64,000 nucleotides of DNA, taken from the NCBI GenBank assembly GCA_963674595.2, contig CAXXFV010000017.1:1-64000 (forward strand), given 5' to 3'. Below are positions 32,278 to 43,887 of this stretch, piece after piece. The number at the start of each line of letters is the position of its first letter. Position 1 is the stretch's first letter. The DNA is from a bacterium (GTDB lineage Bacteria; Zhuqueibacterota; Zhuqueibacteria; Residuimicrobiales; Krinioviventaceae). The position numbers and the translations under genes are program-made. The notes under the pieces are model-generated. The model saw only the letters and a list, made by a program, of their open reading frames with translations. It was not told the origin of the DNA and searched no databases.

Positions 32278-32628
32278 ATGTGGATCATTAAATGGATTAT
32301 AAGTGCAATATTGGTTGTTTTAATCATTGGTTTTGCCGTACAAAACACAGACCAGGTTGTTTCTTTAACATTTATTAAATGGCAAAGCATTAACCTACCA
32401 TTATGGGTGGTTATGTATGCTTCTTTTGTTTGCGGAATGTTATTTTGGCTGCTGGTTTCCATTTTTCGGGTTATAGCATTAAAAACTGAAAACCGAAAAA
32501 TTAAAAAAGATCTGAAAAAGACAGCGGATGAACTCAATAAATTGCGCAATGTATCTGTCAATGAATCTTTGGAACCTGTAGCAAATACAACATCCGTATC
32601 AAAGGGCGGCGTTAAAACAGAGGAGTAA
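32278..32628 (+). CDS. lapA: LPS assembly protein LapA family
   Basis: Two TMs, FAVQN motif, coiled-coil tail; upstream of lapB. Confidence 0.75.
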   Translation: MWIIKWIISAILVVLIIGFAVQNTDQVVSLTFIKWQSINLPLWVVMYASFVCGMLFWLLVSIFRVIALKTENRKIKKDLKKTADELNKLRNVSVNESLEPVANTTSVSKGGVKTEE

Positions 32629-32632
32629 TATC

Positions 32633-33781
32633 ATGTTTTCCACGCTAACGATACTAATTGCAGCAGGTGTTTTATTATTATTGGGTATAACGGGTATGAT
32701 ATTTTTTAAACGTCGAAATAATAAACCAATCGAATCCAGAACAACCTATATAGAAGGTTTAAACGCCCTTTTGGTTGGCGATTATGATCAGGCTTTGCAA
32801 AAGTTAAGAGAAACTGTCAAAGTAAATACTGATTTTATAGACGCTTATGTTAAAATAGGCGACATTGTTCGAAAGCAGGGACACCCGGACCATGCCGTTA
32901 AAGTGCATAAAGACCTGCTGGTACGCCCTAATTTAACGCAAACACAACGTTTAACTGTTTTAAAAAGCCTGGTCCTTGATTATCATGAAAACAAACAATA
33001 TAACCAGGCCCTTGTTATTTGTGATGAAATTTTCAGCATTGATAAAAAGAATGAATGGTGCGGTAATCAGCAATTAAATTTATATGAAAAAATTGGTGAC
33101 TGGCAAAACGCCTTTGATGTTTTCAGGAAAAACTCTTCTTTACCAAAAGAGGAAAAAGCAACCCGGCTTGCCTGTTATAAAGTAGAATTGGGAAAACAGT
33201 TTGTTGAATTAAATCGCGAGCGGGATGCCCGGTTATGCTTCCGGGAAGCCATGAAACTGGACGAAAACTGTGTTGCCGCTTATCTGGAACTGGCGGATAG
33301 TTATATTCGCGTCAACCGCGAACAGGATTCTCTGCCCGTTCTTAAAAAACTGGTGCAGAAAAATCCGGATAATGCAGACCTGGCTTTTTTACGCCTGAAA
33401 CAGGTCCTTTTTGAAATGGGCACTTTTGGTGATATTGAAAAAATATATATCGATCTGCTGAAATCAAATCCGGATGTTGTGGAAGCACACCTCGGGTTAG
33501 CGGAAATTTATGAGAAAAAAGGACAACTGATTAACGCTGTTGATGCCTGTAAAAAGGCCTTGACTGTAAATCCGTCCCGTCTTGATGCAAAATTACAATT
33601 GGTGCGTTACCAGAGCAAACTCGGAAGAGATGACATTGCCGCTGAAATTGCTTCCGAATTGGCGGAAGAGTTGCTGGCCCAGCAAAGCCTGTACATCTGC
33701 CAAACCTGTGATTACAAGAGTAGTAACTATTTTTGGCATTGTCCCCAATGTTCAAACTGGAATACGGCAAAAAGGGACTAG
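32633..33781 (+). CDS. lapB: LPS assembly protein LapB (YciM)-like
   Basis: N-terminal TM, TPR repeats, C-terminal CxxC...WxCPxC rubredoxin-type motif. Confidence 0.85.
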   Translation: MFSTLTILIAAGVLLLLGITGMIFFKRRNNKPIESRTTYIEGLNALLVGDYDQALQKLRETVKVNTDFIDAYVKIGDIVRKQGHPDHAVKVHKDLLVRPNLTQTQRLTVLKSLVLDYHENKQYNQALVICDEIFSIDKKNEWCGNQQLNLYEKIGDWQNAFDVFRKNSSLPKEEKATRLACYKVELGKQFVELNRERDARLCFREAMKLDENCVAAYLELADSYIRVNREQDSLPVLKKLVQKNPDNADLAFLRLKQVLFEMGTFGDIEKIYIDLLKSNPDVVEAHLGLAEIYEKKGQLINAVDACKKALTVNPSRLDAKLQLVRYQSKLGRDDIAAEIASELAEELLAQQSLYICQTCDYKSSNYFWHCPQCSNWNTAKRD

Positions 33782-33788
33782 AACAAAA

Positions 33789-34635
33789 ATGCGGTTTTTA
33801 TCATTTTTTATTTACATATTTCTGCTTTTTGCAACAAACCTGTCTGCCCAACCTGAAATTGAACTTTTGGCTGAACATTATGCAAATGACCGGTTGGAAG
33901 AAGCCAGAGACCTGGTCAACAAAATTTATCCCAAATACCCCTCAGATTCCGTTGTTCTCTATTTAAAAGGTGTTTTTTCAACAAATGCTGTAGAGGCGTT
34001 TGGCTATTATCAGGCATGTTTTGAAAGAGACAGCTATTTTACCGATGATGCTGTTTTTCGCATGGCTCAATTTTATTATATTAAAAATGAGTATAATTTA
34101 GCCAGAAAATATTTTTCATATCTGACCCGGCATTTCCCGGATTCCCGATTAAAAGACGATGCCCAGTTCCTCTATTGCCAGAGCATGCTGGCCCAGGGAA
34201 AAATAGATTCTGTGAAATTGTTTTACAAGGCATTTATTAAAAATTCGCCCAGGTCTCCGTTTGTCGATGTGGCTGTCATGGACCTGGAAAATCTTTACAA
34301 ATTTGAACCGGAAAAAGATACACGCCCGATAGAATTTTATACTGTTCAGGTTGGCGCCTTTTTAGACAGAAAAAATGCACAACAAAAACTGGAAAATTTT
34401 AAAGAATTTGATACATGTAAAATTACTGAGAAAAAATGTCAGGGGAAAAACTTTTTATATCGTTTTAATCGGAACGTTTGCTTCTCGCCAAATGGCTGAA
34501 GATTTTGCAAAAAGAAACATAGCACCTGTTTCCAGCCAATATTATATTGTAAAAGCTGAAACAGGATTAAAAGTGTTGAAATATTCATCAGTTTGTTTTG
34601 AAATATTTCCTTTTATTTATACCAATACCAAATGA
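33789..34635 (+). CDS. Secreted TPR plus SPOR-domain protein (frameshift near 34435)
   Basis: Signal peptide; BamD/YbgF-like TPRs (HFPDSRLKDDAQF); YTVQVGAF..RKNA SPOR motif. Confidence 0.75.
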
Positions 34636-34692
34636 TTTTTATCAACCCAGTTTTAGCCACCTTAAAATATATTTTGATTTTTGGAGATTTTA

Positions 34693-35402
34693 ATGTTTAA
34701 TAAAATATTGGTCGGTTTAAACAATAGCCCCAATGATGATAATGTGACGGAAACGGCCATTTATTTAGCACAGAATACCGGTTGTAAGATCGATGCCCTG
34801 GTACTTGATGAAAACCAAACCGGTCTTAATCAGACCGGTCTTGAGCGATTTTTAAACCCGCTGCAAAAAAGCTAAAATACCTGCCAATATCGTGTCTTTT
34901 GAACCTGTTGATGTTGAGGAATTTGCCTATCTCTGTTCCGCCGATTTGATTGTTGCCGCAAAAAATGATATGATAAAACAAACATCATCAAAAAAAATGG
35001 TTATAGAACAACTGTTACAAATGACACCGGTACCGGTGTTGGCGGTTCCGGATAATTTTGCTGTTCCTGAAAATTTGTTGTTTGGCTTTGACGGTTCTGT
35101 AACGGCTGAACGGGCTGTTCGTACTTTTTTGTTTCTGTTTCATAAACTGACATTGGATTATTATTCCCTTACCGTTTCAGATGCGCCTGACCAGTGCGAA
35201 GGTCATCTTGAAAGAATTTCCGAGTTTTTTAACAGCCATGATATTGAAGCTGATTTACTGGCAATGCCCGCGTGAACCGTCAGAGGTTATCGTGAATATT
35301 GCACAAAAACTGCCATCCGTCTGGATTGTTGTCGGCGCCGGTAAAGAAACATTTAAGGAAATTTTACAAAACAGTTCCTCTGCCATTTTTACATGCAATT
35401 AA
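34693..35402 (+). CDS. Universal stress protein (tandem USP domains), two apparent frameshifts
   Basis: MFNKILVGL, PVPVLAVP and LLFGFDGS..AERA. Confidence 0.65.
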
Positions 35403-35411
35403 ATTGAGGTT

Positions 35412-37230
35412 ATGTTGAAAAATATCGTTAAAATTTTTTCGGTTTTGTTTTTATTAACTCTTTGTGAATCGCTTTATGCGCTGCATTTGGATGTTGTATA
35501 TCCCAAAGAAGGCGACCGTATTTCTGCCGCCTCTTCCGATTCTACGTTTATATTCGGCCAGGTATTACCCCCGGACAGTCGTTTGACCATAAACGGTCAA
35601 CCGATTTCCGTTCATGCCAACGGCGCGTTTTTGGCCTTTTTGCCTGTGGATTATGGTGATTTTACGTTTAAATGTACCGCATTTAACAATACGGATTCTG
35701 TTACTCAAAATCGAACGGTTACTATTTCCGGGCCTGTTAAACCCTGTCCCATTGACTCGTTAATGATAAAAATGGATTCGATCAAGCCCTCCGGAAACAT
35801 TCGTCTTTGTCAGGGTGATGAATTTTACCGTGTCATTTTGGGGTACACCCAATTGTGATGCCTCTTTTACAATAGAAGGTGTGCGTAATGATATTCCCAT
35901 GCAGGAAACTGTTTATACCCCTTTATATTTAGGTGAAATTGTTTTCGGTGAAGCCTATACAAAAAATTGTGAAAAACTGCCCGGTTACTATACCGGGTGT
36001 TACAAAATACAGCCGATGGATTGGCGTCAGGACCGTAAAATTATATTTAAATTAAAAGGCGCTGATAATGATTCGGTTGAGGCCCTTGCCCCGGGCACGT
36101 TGACTATTTTTGACAACAGCATTCCCCAATGTGTTGAAACAAAACGAGATGTTACGGTACTTCGGACCGGCGCCGGAGACGCCTATTATTATTTTGTTCC
36201 TAAAGGTGTAAAATTGCCGGTAACCGGGCAAAAGGACGGCTATTACCGGGTTGCATTATGTGAAACAATAGACGCCTGGGTAAGGCAATGGGAAGTGAAC
36301 CTGCTGCCACTGGGGACCCATCAACAGCCATCCGTTATTAAAGCTGTGCGGACCTTTGATAAAGAAAACAAGGTCAATATACGTATTTTTACCCGCAGTC
36401 GTGTACCTTACCGCATCGAACAACAGACTAATCCGCAGGCGCTTGACCTTTATTTATATGGCCTTATCTCGGATACGGACTTTATCCGCTATTCTGAAAA
36501 ATTTCTCCCGGTTGCGGATATGCGCTGGATTCAGGTTGCCAACGGCGTTTATAAATTACACATTCCCTTGCAGCAAAAAACGCAGTGGGGATATAACATC
36601 TATTACGATGAACAGGACTATTTAAACCTGGACATTAAAAAGTCCCCGAAAATTGCCGGGTGGCCGTCGTCACCGTTAAAAGATATTAATATATTACTCG
36701 ACCCCGGCCACGAGCCCGATTTGGGCGCTGTCGGTCCGACACGATTGGAAGAGCGCCATGCCAATATTAAACTGGCAGAGCAGTTGAGTAAAAAACTGGA
36801 AGGCAAAGGCGCCCATGTTTATTTGACCCGCAAAGAGGGTGAGGGCATCACTTTGAGGACCCGTATGAAATATGCGGCTATTTTGGACGCTGATATTTTG
36901 CTGAGCCTGCATCATAATGCCATTCCGGACGGAATTAATCCCTTTAAAAGTCATGGAACCAGTACCTACTATTATCACCCGCAAAGTTATCAACTGGCCA
37001 AAATCATCAAGGACAAACTTTTGGCAAAGCTCGGGTTGAATGATTTTGGACTCTTTTATGATGATCTGGCCATGTGCCGTATTCATCAAATGCCATCCGT
37101 ACTGGTGGAGCCGGCTTTTATAATGTATCCGGAAGAAGAAGCGCTGATACGTTCCAAAAAGTATAAAGAACAATGTGCTGATGCCATTGTTGAGGCGCTT
37201 GAGGAATTTTTGAAAAAAGTAAAAGAGTAG
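35412..37230 (+). CDS. N-acetylmuramoyl-L-alanine amidase (Amidase_3), secreted; frameshift near 35830
   Basis: ILLDPGH, E..AN, LSLHHNA and PSVLVE Zn/catalytic motifs. Confidence 0.88.
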
Positions 37231-37240
37231 AGGAGGTTTT

Positions 37241-37744
37241 TTGGATTATAAATTTTGCCCCCAATGCGGAGGGCCATTAATCGAAAAACATCTTGAAGGA
37301 CGAATGAGAAAAATTTGTTCGGAATGTGAATTTATATTTTATCAGAATCCGGCTCCCGCTGCCGGGGTTGCGTTGCAAAAAGACGGGAAACTGCTGCTGG
37401 TAAAAAGAAAATTTGAACCCAAACAGGGCGACTGGAGTTTGCCTGCCGGATTTGTAGAATATGACGAATCGCCTGCTCATGCCGCGATTAGGGAAACGAA
37501 AGAAGAAACAGGTTTTGACGTAAAAATCAGCGGATTGCTGAATGTTTATGGCGCCTGTGACGACCCGAGAAGTCATGTTGTGCTGATTATTTACAATGCG
37601 GAAATACAAAACGGTGAATTAAAGCCGGGTGACGATGCTTTGGATGCCAAATTTTTCCCTTTTGATGAAATTCCGGAAAATATTGCCTTTTCCAGTCATC
37701 GCACGGCCATTAATTTGTTTATAAGTAATAATACTAACCAATAG
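37241..37744 (+). CDS. NUDIX hydrolase with N-terminal zinc ribbon
   Basis: FCPQCG...CSEC; Nudix box GFVEYDESPAHAAIRETKEETG. Confidence 0.9.
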   Translation: MDYKFCPQCGGPLIEKHLEGRMRKICSECEFIFYQNPAPAAGVALQKDGKLLLVKRKFEPKQGDWSLPAGFVEYDESPAHAAIRETKEETGFDVKISGLLNVYGACDDPRSHVVLIIYNAEIQNGELKPGDDALDAKFFPFDEIPENIAFSSHRTAINLFISNNTNQ

Positions 37745-37754
37745 TTGGAAAATT

Positions 37755-38246
37755 ATGATTGATATATCTGATCTTAAAAATTCAATGCTGGGAGAAGGGT
37801 TAACAGACGATGACCTTACAATTCTGGCATATATTGCTGAGGAAAAAAAATATTTCAAGGGAGAAATAATTTTTTCTGAAAAGGATAAAGGGACTGATTT
37901 ATATGTTCTGACAGAAGGACGCATCTGTATAGAACGTCGTGCGGTTGGGCAAAGGGCCATTATGCCGAAACAAATTCAAACGGTAAAACAGGGAGAGTTG
38001 TTCGGAGAAATGGCATTTATAGAAGGAAAAACCCGTTCTGCCACGGCCCGTGCCAAAAGCAATGTAAACGTTGTCATCATTTCATCATCCGAACTGGAAA
38101 AACTTGTCCATCAAAATTGCGAATTTGGATTTCGTTTTATGAAAACGCTTGCCGTTATTATCAGCCGAAGACTGCGCCGCATGAATGAACATTGGATCAG
38201 TGCGGTTGCCCAGCATTTGAATATCCTGGAATATGACTATCACTAA
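37755..38246 (+). CDS. Cyclic nucleotide-binding domain protein
   Basis: GEIIFSE, FGEMAFIEGKTRSATARA. Confidence 0.88.
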   Translation: MIDISDLKNSMLGEGLTDDDLTILAYIAEEKKYFKGEIIFSEKDKGTDLYVLTEGRICIERRAVGQRAIMPKQIQTVKQGELFGEMAFIEGKTRSATARAKSNVNVVIISSSELEKLVHQNCEFGFRFMKTLAVIISRRLRRMNEHWISAVAQHLNILEYDYH

Positions 38247-38350
38247 CCAGAGTTATTGAGTATGAACAGTCATGGTGTTGAATAATAACAACACATCATT
38301 TTGATTTTTCACATATAGATTTTTTAATATTAAAAAAAGGAAAACGTAAT

Positions 38351-39070
38351 ATGTGGAAAATTCTCCCGATCATTTTTTTGAGTTTGTTTTGTATGAATAA
38401 TGAAAACAGCAACCAATCCTTTAAAGTTTCAGACGAGTATGCGGAAAAACGATCACGAATGGTCGTGAAACAGATTAAAGTGCGTGGTGTTCGGGACACC
38501 CGTGTGTTGGAAGCGATGAATAAGGTTCCGCGCCACGAATTTGTTCCTCAAAATGAACAAAAATATGCCTACGACGATTCTCCCTTGCCGATTGGATACA
38601 ACCAGACAATATCCCAACCCTATATTGTGGCCTATATGACAGAACAGCTTCAGCTCAGTGGTAACGAATGTGTTTTGGAAGTAGGCACCGGGTCCGGTTA
38701 TCAGGCGGCGGTTTTGTGTGAATTGGCGGATTTTGTTTATTCGATTGAAATCGTTGAGCCATTATGTGATCAGGCGGAAAAAACAATGCATGACTTGGGT
38801 TATGTCAATTTTCTGATCCGGTGCGGTGACGGCTATGACGGCTGGCAAGAGTTTGCGCCCTTTGATAAAATTATTATAACAGCGGCCCCTGAAAAAATTC
38901 CCGAGCCGTTAATAAATCAGTTAAAACCTGGCGGACAATTAATTTCACCTGTGGGGAAAACATACCAGGAATTGGTGTTATTAACAAAACATCAGGATGG
39001 TGAAATATCCACTAAAAAATTACTCCCCGTACGTTTTGTTCCCATGACAGGAAAGGCGGAAGAAGAATAA
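38351..39070 (+). CDS. pcm: Protein-L-isoaspartate O-methyltransferase
   Basis: VPRHEFV, QTISQPYIVA, LEVGTGSGYQAA, APFDKII and VRFVPM. Confidence 0.95.
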   Translation: MWKILPIIFLSLFCMNNENSNQSFKVSDEYAEKRSRMVVKQIKVRGVRDTRVLEAMNKVPRHEFVPQNEQKYAYDDSPLPIGYNQTISQPYIVAYMTEQLQLSGNECVLEVGTGSGYQAAVLCELADFVYSIEIVEPLCDQAEKTMHDLGYVNFLIRCGDGYDGWQEFAPFDKIIITAAPEKIPEPLINQLKPGGQLISPVGKTYQELVLLTKHQDGEISTKKLLPVRFVPMTGKAEEE

Positions 39071-39076
39071 ATGTAG

Positions 39077-39103
39077 TGAAACATTCTCTTGATTGTTTGC
39101 GTA
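39077..39103 (+). promoter_or_regulatory. SigW-like ECF promoter upstream of pspC
   Basis: TGAAAC-N17-CGTA, 41 bp before the pspC start. Confidence 0.55.
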
Positions 39104-39144
39104 ATCGATAATATAAACGAATATGTTATTAAAAGAGGTGTTAC

Positions 39145-39831
39145 ATGTCTGAAAATTCTGTCCGGCGTTTATTTCGCTCCGAAAAAGATAAAATGATAGG
39201 CGGTGTATGTGGTGGTTTTGCTGAATACCTGAACATTGACGTCACACTGGTTCGAATTATTTGGGTGATTTTAACCCTGTTTTCGGGTATTGGTTTATTG
39301 GCCTATATTATTTCCATGATCTTATTACCGGTAAATCCGGACCACAAATATCTGCCGCAAGAGCAAAAAGCCCAGCATGGCGGCCGAATTGGTCTTATTA
39401 TCGGCGTGGTGCTGGTTGTTATGGGTATCGGTATTATCGGTATGGACCATTTTGAATTTGACTGGTTTTTCCCTTTTCCCGGATTTGCATTTTGGCCTCT
39501 AAACAGTGATTTTTTATGGCCGGTTCTGTTACTGGCCGCCGGCGGCTGGCTGGTTTATAACGGTATTATACGTTCCAAATCCGGGGATAACGGTTCGTCT
39601 GCTTCAGAACAAAAGATTCGTTCACTTTATCGCAGTAACAAAGTAAAAATGGTTGCCGGTGTATGCGGCGGTTTGTCTGAATATTGGCATATCGATGTGA
39701 CGATTGTTCGGATTGCGGCTATTATTTTAACCCTGGCCCTGCATTTCTGGGTCGGTATTTTTGTTTATATAGTCATGATCATTGCCATCCCGGAAGCTCC
39801 GTCTTCCGTTGTTAATGATTCAAAGGAATAA
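39145..39831 (+). CDS. pspC: PspC domain membrane protein (two PspC domains)
   Basis: RLFRS..DKMIGGVCGGFAEYL.ID..LVR and a second LYRS...MVAGVCGGLSEYW.ID. Confidence 0.88.
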   Translation: MSENSVRRLFRSEKDKMIGGVCGGFAEYLNIDVTLVRIIWVILTLFSGIGLLAYIISMILLPVNPDHKYLPQEQKAQHGGRIGLIIGVVLVVMGIGIIGMDHFEFDWFFPFPGFAFWPLNSDFLWPVLLLAAGGWLVYNGIIRSKSGDNGSSASEQKIRSLYRSNKVKMVAGVCGGLSEYWHIDVTIVRIAAIILTLALHFWVGIFVYIVMIIAIPEAPSSVVNDSKE

Positions 39832-39844
39832 AAAAAGATGTGGT

Positions 39845-40408
39845 ATGGATATGAATAATAAATATAAATCAATTTCATTCGGTGCGCTGCTGATCATTTT
39901 TGGAGCAGCGCTTATATTAAAAAAAACTGGGTATTTTTTATTTTTCCTGGAACGAGAGTTACCCGATATTACTGTTGTTTTTTGGTACGTTATCCTTTTT
40001 TAAAGTTAACGTCACAAAGAGAAAAGAAATATTTTGGGCCAGCTTTTTAACGCTTGCCGGTATTTTTTCTTTTCTAAGGAATTATGATATCATCCACTTT
40101 TTATGGTATCTGGAAACGTTTCATGTCCTTTTATGCATTCTCGGACTTGCGTTTTTCACACAATTCCTTTTCAGCAAAAAAGACTGGGGATTCCTGATCC
40201 CGTCTGTTATATTTTTCATTTTAGGACTTGCATTTATTCTCGATGATTTTAATATTAACCTGGCAGAAATAGTTTGATTTATGAACATTATTGGCCTGTC
40301 GCTTTGATCTTTATCGGCATCTATGTTATTTTCAACTCTATGAAAAAGTCAGACAAAGATGTTGTCGTTAATAATGAAACGCAGGAGGTTGATGCTGATA
40401 AAGAATAG
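39845..40408 (+). CDS. LiaF/LiaI-like membrane protein (frameshifted)
   Basis: GALLIIFGA.L and a late WPV.LI.IG segment; follows pspC. Confidence 0.5.
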
Positions 40409-40435
40409 TACAGGCTGCAAATCATGGAGAATTGA

Positions 40436-41552
40436 ATGAAGGAGATTGTGTATTTCATTAATAGTAAATTTACTATTTTTGATATTCCAGGGACCAGAAT
40501 TTTTATCGCATTTGTTATTATTATTGTTGCTCTTTTATTTAAAAGAATTTTTTCACAATGGGTGCTAAAATACCTTGATCATTTAACCCGTAAAACAAAA
40601 TCCAACCTTGACGATGCTTTGCTGGAAATCTTAAATCCCCCTCTCAGTTATTTGGTCCTGTTGCTGGGTTTTCAATTAGCGGCCATATCCGTGGGAGTTG
40701 TGGATTCTTTGCAAAAAGTGATACAGCTCGGTTATGTGGGACTGATGTGCTGGCTGATATACCGCAGCGCAGACGTATTTACAGTTTATCTTGAACGTTT
40801 GACAAAAAAAAACGGAAACAGAACTGGATGATCTGCTGGTCCCTTATCTGAAAAAGGTCATAAAAGTCGGGGCCATTATTATTGTTTTTATGAAAGCCGC
40901 TGAAGTGTTTTTGGGCATGACTGCCGCTGCTTTGTTTGGTCTTCTTGGCGGTATGGGCCTTACCCTGGGTTTGGTTTTTAAGGATATTGTTGCAAACTGG
41001 TTTGCCTGCGCTATTATTTATATCGATAATTTGTTCCGGGAGGGAGACTGGGTCCAGCTTGACAACGGCGCCATTGTAGACGCTGATGTGGAAGAAATAG
41101 GCATTCGCAGCACAAAGTTTAGAAATTTTGATAAAACCGTTTCTGTTGTTCCCAATTCCATTATTGCCAATGCGGTGGTAAAAAACTGGTCGCGTATGTA
41201 TAAACGGCGGGTGAAATACAACTTTTCAATTGACGGTATTTCTGCTGAAAAAATGGAAAAAGTGCTGGATGGAATCCGGTCTATTCTTGCCGCTGATGAC
41301 GACGTTCATCAGGAATTCCACATGGTTAATTTTCGGGAAATGAGCGGTAATTCCCGCGTTATGAGGCTTTACTATTTTACCAAAACCGTGGTTTGGAAAG
41401 AGCATGAACGTGTGCGGGAACAGGTGAACTTGAAAATCCTGAAATTATTTGAAACCGAGGGCATTGACAAACTCGCTTATACAATTATTGACATGAGCGA
41501 TGACCGGCCCAAAGATTATGAAATGACTGTAAATGAAAAATCCCGTATATAA
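40436..41552 (+). CDS. Small-conductance mechanosensitive channel (MscS family), frameshift in A-run near 40805
   Basis: KDIVANW, F..GDWV, VEEIGIRSTKFR and VPNS. Confidence 0.88.
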
Positions 41553-41567
41553 TACGGGATTTTTTTT
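41536..41567. terminator. Bidirectional terminator between mscS and the DUF302 gene
   Basis: AAAAATCCCGTAT-ATA-ATACGGGATTTTTTTT. Confidence 0.8.
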
Positions 41568-41952
41568 ATAAACTATCAATCACTGTTTTCAGTTTCTTTT
41601 GTACCTCGGCTGCAACAGCGCCCAGGCTTTCGTTTTTAACCGCCATCATTGATGCCATGGGGTCAACGGCAGCCACTTCAATTGTGTTTTCTTTCAGTTC
41701 CTGCAAAATAACATTACACGGAAGCATGGTGCCTATTTTGTCCTCATTTTGAAGGGCTTTATAAGCCAGGGAAGGATTGCAGGCTCCGAGGATTTTATAC
41801 TTTTTAAAATCAACATCCAGTTTGTTTTTTAAGGTTTTCTGCACATCAATTTCCGTCAAAACACCGAATCCCTCTTTTTTCAACTGTTCGATGACATGCT
41901 CAATGGCTGCATCGAAATCCATGTTTAAAGTTTTATTAAAATAATAACTCAT
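41566..41952 (-). CDS. DUF302 domain protein
   Basis: GFGVLTEIDV, YKILGACNP and GTMLPCNV. Confidence 0.9.
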   Translation of the reverse strand: MSYYFNKTLNMDFDAAIEHVIEQLKKEGFGVLTEIDVQKTLKNKLDVDFKKYKILGACNPSLAYKALQNEDKIGTMLPCNVILQELKENTIEVAAVDPMASMMAVKNESLGAVAAEVQKKLKTVIDSL

Positions 41953-42269
41953 TTTGTATACCTCATCTGTTTTTATTTTTTAGATGAAGAAAAACGGGAT
42001 TTGATTCTGATTAATTGAAAAAATGGAGTGCTGTTGCCGTTGTATAAAGTGATTAAAACGGGTCCCGTGGGCAAAAGACCCGTTTTAATCGGAGGTATTT
42101 TGAAGAAAGTCGATACATATTTAATTATTGTATTGCACAAAAGTTCCAATATTTAACTTTTTATAAAAAATTTCTGCTTGCTGTTTACAATAACTTTATG
42201 TATTATTATTCTCTGGATTTCATTTAGAAAATGATATATGTTAAATAATATAATTGAGGTGATTATCAA

Positions 42270-42839
42270 ATGGATCAAAATAATAAAGAAGAAAACAGCC
42301 TGCCTGTTACTAGTAAAAAACTCTTCGAATTGCGAATAATAACAATATTCGGTGAGATCAATCAAAAAGTTTCTCGTGAAGTGACTGAAAAACTGCTTGT
42401 TCTTTCCGAAGAATCTGATGAGCCGATCAAGCTGGTTATAAATTCTCAGGGCGGACATGTGGAATCTGCTGATACCATATTTGATATGATTCGTTTTGTT
42501 AAAGCGCCGGTAAAAATTATCGGTACCGGATGGGTTGCCAGCGCCGGTGCATTGATCTTTTCCGCTGCTCCTTTGGAACGACGTTTTTGTCTACCCAACA
42601 CCCGGTTCCTGCTTCACCAGCCAAGTGGCGGTGTCGGAGGCCAGGCCACGGATATCAGCATAGAGGCCCGGGAAATTGTTAAAATGAAAGACCGTTTGAA
42701 TAAAATCCTTGCCGAACAAACCGGTCAGGATATTAAAAAGATAGAAGCGGACACCGACCGCAACTATTGGATGAGCGCTGATGAAGCCAAAAAATATGGT
42801 CTGGTTGGTAAGGTTGTAAATTCCGTTAAGGAACTCTAA
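42270..42839 (+). CDS. clpP: ATP-dependent Clp protease proteolytic subunit
   Basis: INSQGG, VASAG (Ser), LLHQP (His) and DTDRNYWMSA.EA..YGL. Confidence 0.93.
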   Translation: MDQNNKEENSLPVTSKKLFELRIITIFGEINQKVSREVTEKLLVLSEESDEPIKLVINSQGGHVESADTIFDMIRFVKAPVKIIGTGWVASAGALIFSAAPLERRFCLPNTRFLLHQPSGGVGGQATDISIEAREIVKMKDRLNKILAEQTGQDIKKIEADTDRNYWMSADEAKKYGLVGKVVNSVKEL

Positions 42840-42918
42840 TCAGAGACAAATTAAGGGGGAATTTAACATCTAATTGATTTTTATATAGGTTTAAAGAGGA
42901 AAAGTAGTATATTAAAGA

Positions 42919-43887
42919 ATGAAAGAAATATACTCACAATATATACCAAAATCAGTTGCTTGTTTAGAGAATCTACAAAATAATATTCCTGGTATTGCAA
43001 AAGACAAGTCTTTAGTAAGTGAAATCGAATTAGCGATTCAACAAATCCCGACAAAACATGAATTATTCCAAGCAGATGCCAGAAATATATCTTTTATCAA
43101 AGATGAATCAGTACATTTAGTTGTGACATCTCCCCCATACTGGATATTGAAAAAATATAATGATCACGAAAATCAGCTCGGGGAAGTTCAAGATTATGAA
43201 AATTTTTTAAAAGAATTAGATAAAGTTTGGCAACATTGTTACCGGGTTCTTGTCCCTGGCGGAAGACTTGTTTGCATTGTCGGAGATGTTTGTCTTTCAA
43301 GACGAAAGAACAAAGGTCGACATACGGTTGTACCTCTGCATGCATCGATACAAGAACATTGTAGAACTCTGGGTTTTGACAATCTTTCACCAATCATTTG
43401 GCATAAAATATCAAATGCATCGTTTGAAGCAAATGGAAATGGCGCTGGATTTTTAGGAAAACCTTACGAACCCAATGCTATAATTAAAAATGATATCGAA
43501 TTTATCTTAATGGAACGGAAACCTGGTGGTTACCGTAACCCTACTGTTTCCAGTAGAGTGTTATCCATAATTTCTGAAGAAAACCACAGAAGCTGGTTTC
43601 AACCAATCTGGTCTGGTTTAAATGGTGTTTCTACAAAATTCCATCCTGCACCATATCCGGTAGAACTGGTAGAACGCCTAGTAAGAATGTTTAGTTTTGT
43701 TGGAGATACCGTTTTGGATCCTTTTTTAGGGACGGGAACTACATCTATAGCCGCTTCAAAATGGGGTCGAAATTCTATTGGAATTGAAGTTGATCCACAC
43801 TATTTTGAATTTGCAGAAAAACGCATCAATAGCTTTTCACCGAATCTTTTTTCGAATGTTGAAATTTTAACCAAACAGATGGCTTGA
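42919..43887 (+). CDS. Site-specific DNA methyltransferase, beta class (N4-C/N6-A)
   Basis: Motif IV VTSPPY near the N-terminus; HPAPYP and motif I DPFLGTGTT near the C-terminus. Confidence 0.92.
   Translation: MKEIYSQYIPKSVACLENLQNNIPGIAKDKSLVSEIELAIQQIPTKHELFQADARNISFIKDESVHLVVTSPPYWILKKYNDHENQLGEVQDYENFLKELDKVWQHCYRVLVPGGRLVCIVGDVCLSRRKNKGRHTVVPLHASIQEHCRTLGFDNLSPIIWHKISNASFEANGNGAGFLGKPYEPNAIIKNDIEFILMERKPGGYRNPTVSSRVLSIISEENHRSWFQPIWSGLNGVSTKFHPAPYPVELVERLVRMFSFVGDTVLDPFLGTGTTSIAASKWGRNSIGIEVDPHYFEFAEKRINSFSPNLFSNVEILTKQMA

Noticed and set aside
1-41552. Many frameshifts (surE, sortase, cmk, ispH, rpsA, amidase, mscS and others) as programmed frameshifting or genome decay
   Set aside because: They hit essential genes, are single-base indels often in homopolymer runs and are densest in 1-7700; sequencing or assembly error is far more likely. 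Only the IS3 A7G site fits a known programmed signal.
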